Shown here: positions 54,567 to 56,010 of the stretch, piece after piece
Layout of the letters: every line of letters begins with the position of its first letter
Numbering within the stretch: position 1 is the stretch's first letter
Position numbers and translations under genes: made by a program
Virus record (IMG/VR): IMGVR_UViG_3300012005_000008
Location: 1-56,010 of that record
Reading direction: 5' to 3' (one strand)
Origin: a virus
Taxonomy: Duplodnaviria > Caudoviricetes
Length of the DNA: 56,010 bases
Notes under the pieces: generated by a model
The model's input: only the letters and a program-made list of their open reading frames with translations
Told to the model about the DNA's origin: nothing
Database searches by the model: none

Positions 54567-55473
54567 TTTCTTCCTCCTTCGTTTTCTTTGCGGCTTCTGG
54601 GGCCTTAAACTTCCGAGCTTTAAATTTTTGCTTACGTTTCTTGACGATCTTATTATCACGAAAGATATATTTACCCTTCTTAGTAATTTGCTCCTTAGAC
54701 ATCTTGTCAAGCTTAAAAACACCTTGGGTTACAGCATCACTGTTAGCTGTAGGGATCGGCGAGCTTGGACCTCTAACGATCGCATTTGAGTTTTGAGATG
54801 AAGAAGCGATATTCCCAGTGCTAATAGCTCCATCTTCAACTATCTTCTTGAAAGAAACTATCCTGGTAGCTACTGATCCAATCCCCTTCACTAATAAGGT
54901 GGTGCTCAACGCACGCATGCGAGGGAGAAGGTGAGAATGTGGATCTGCTTGCATTAGATACATAAATGAATTATTAACTGCTTTTTTCTTAACATTATCA
55001 GAAACCTGGTCCCAATGTAGAATCGTGGCGAGCATATTTCTGTAGTAAGAGCTTGTGATGCGATATCGATGCTTAAGCGCAATCAATGAAGCACAAACTT
55101 CCATCCAATGAACTTCGCTTGGAGCTGATAATGGAACTTTCATCATCGCTTGAATACGAGTATGTTGAATGTGCTTTGACTCAGCGGCTAACAATTCAGC
55201 TTCGCCTGGAGCCATCCTATTTTTAACCTCTGGGTGCAGTGGATAAAATAACGCTAAACCCCAGAAGTTTACGTCGCTCATCTGTGGACTAAATTTTGTT
55301 AGCTTACTGTGGCTAACATCATTAATTAGAATCAGACCTTTTAAGTCTTGCAGCTTCATCATTAATAATGCTGCAACATAATTAGCTAGGAACGCATTAG
55401 TTACAGAGTTAAATGTCGCACCTTTCAGCTTGTTAATGTTAATGCTTTCATTGATCGTTGATAGAAAATTCAT
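54559..55473 (-). CDS. Hypothetical protein
   Basis: 304-aa ORF starting MNFLSTINES, with a basic C-terminus. Confidence 0.7.
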   Translation of the reverse strand: MNFLSTINESININKLKGATFNSVTNAFLANYVAALLMMKLQDLKGLILINDVSHSKLTKFSPQMSDVNFWGLALFYPLHPEVKNRMAPGEAELLAAESKHIQHTRIQAMMKVPLSAPSEVHWMEVCASLIALKHRYRITSSYYRNMLATILHWDQVSDNVKKKAVNNSFMYLMQADPHSHLLPRMRALSTTLLVKGIGSVATRIVSFKKIVEDGAISTGNIASSSQNSNAIVRGPSSPIPTANSDAVTQGVFKLDKMSKEQITKKGKYIFRDNKIVKKRKQKFKARKFKAPEAAKKTKEEENV

Positions 55474-56010
55474 TCTGAGCTTCCTCCGTGAATCGAATCT
55501 AGTTGAGATTTGAAGAACGCCTCAATCAAATCCTCGATGTCTTGAGTTTTTCGAATTGTAGCAAGTTGTTGATAAAGCTGCTTCCTAGCTTCGGCAAAGG
55601 TCATTAATGTACGACGCTTGATCTCTGGGGTATACTTAATTTTCTTCCCATCTTCTAATTCTAATTCATATTCATCAGCCGACTTTTTAAAGGAATCTAG
55701 AGCGTCATCGAGGTCATCGATCGTATGAATGTATATAGCTTGTAGCTTCCTCTTAACTGATTGAAAATTAAGTTGATGAAGAGAGTCAGCGATGTTCTTA
55801 ACAGTTTCTTCGCGTGAATCTCCCCTGAACTTTGCTAGAACTTTCTTTGTTTGGTTGGGAACGTCAACGCTCTCCATACCAAACAGCTTCAGCGAACGTA
55901 ACCTAGCGTCACCAACTATACCACCCCTAGCCTCATCAGTAGCATTTGGATCATTAGTTAAGATCCTTCCTGTAACTTGCTTACGGGCCGAGTAATTAAA
56001 TTGATTAATC
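55470..56010 (-). CDS. C-terminal part of a larger protein whose start lies outside the window
   Basis: The frame of the 55470-55877 ORF stays open to the right edge (INQFNYSARKQVTGRILTNDPNATDEARGGIVGDARLRSLKLFGMES). Confidence 0.75.
   Translation of the reverse strand, partial: INQFNYSARKQVTGRILTNDPNATDEARGGIVGDARLRSLKLFGMESVDVPNQTKKVLAKFRGDSREETVKNIADSLHQLNFQSVKRKLQAIYIHTIDDLDDALDSFKKSADEYELELEDGKKIKYTPEIKRRTLMTFAEARKQLYQQLATIRKTQDIEDLIEAFFKSQLDSIHGGSSE

Noticed and set aside
54567-54722. Upstream extension of the 708-aa ORF; similar extensions at 15928, 21973, 21988, 25776 and 47543
   Set aside because: The extensions overlap neighbouring genes or promoters, and downstream ATGs have better ribosome-binding or promoter context.
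1-56010. Stop-codon reassignment, introns or inteins
   Set aside because: Genes are long and tightly packed under the standard code, and no split conserved gene or intein motif was seen.

Overview
This 56 kb window comes from a large T4-related (myovirus-type) tailed phage, probably jumbo-class, using the standard genetic code. No rRNA, tRNA, CRISPR array or transposase was recognised. Replication, recombination and transcription genes include gp46/gp47 homologues, a gp55-like late sigma factor, a Holliday-junction-resolvase-like nuclease and a PD-(D/E)XK exonuclease. A long plus-strand tail and baseplate module encodes gp26-, gp51-, gp53-, gp5-, gp25- and gp6-like proteins, a 2882-aa structural protein and two fibre proteins with Pro/Thr linkers and GH16 domains. 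The window also holds two holin-like genes, a Burkholderiales-type porin that suggests a betaproteobacterial host, and many accessory genes. T4-like late promoters (TAAATA core) and four equally spaced GTTTAC/TATAAT early-type promoters can be read directly. The most notable feature is a set of protein-modifying enzymes. A prolyl-4-hydroxylase-like dioxygenase overlaps the end of a Pro-rich fibre gene, and a Gnt1/GT60-like hydroxyproline GlcNAc-transferase lies elsewhere in the window; together they suggest phage-encoded hydroxyproline O-glycosylation of virion fibres. There is also a RimK ligase fused to a RimB-like protease, with a nearby candidate substrate ending in EEE. All family calls rest on motifs recognised by eye, not on database searches.
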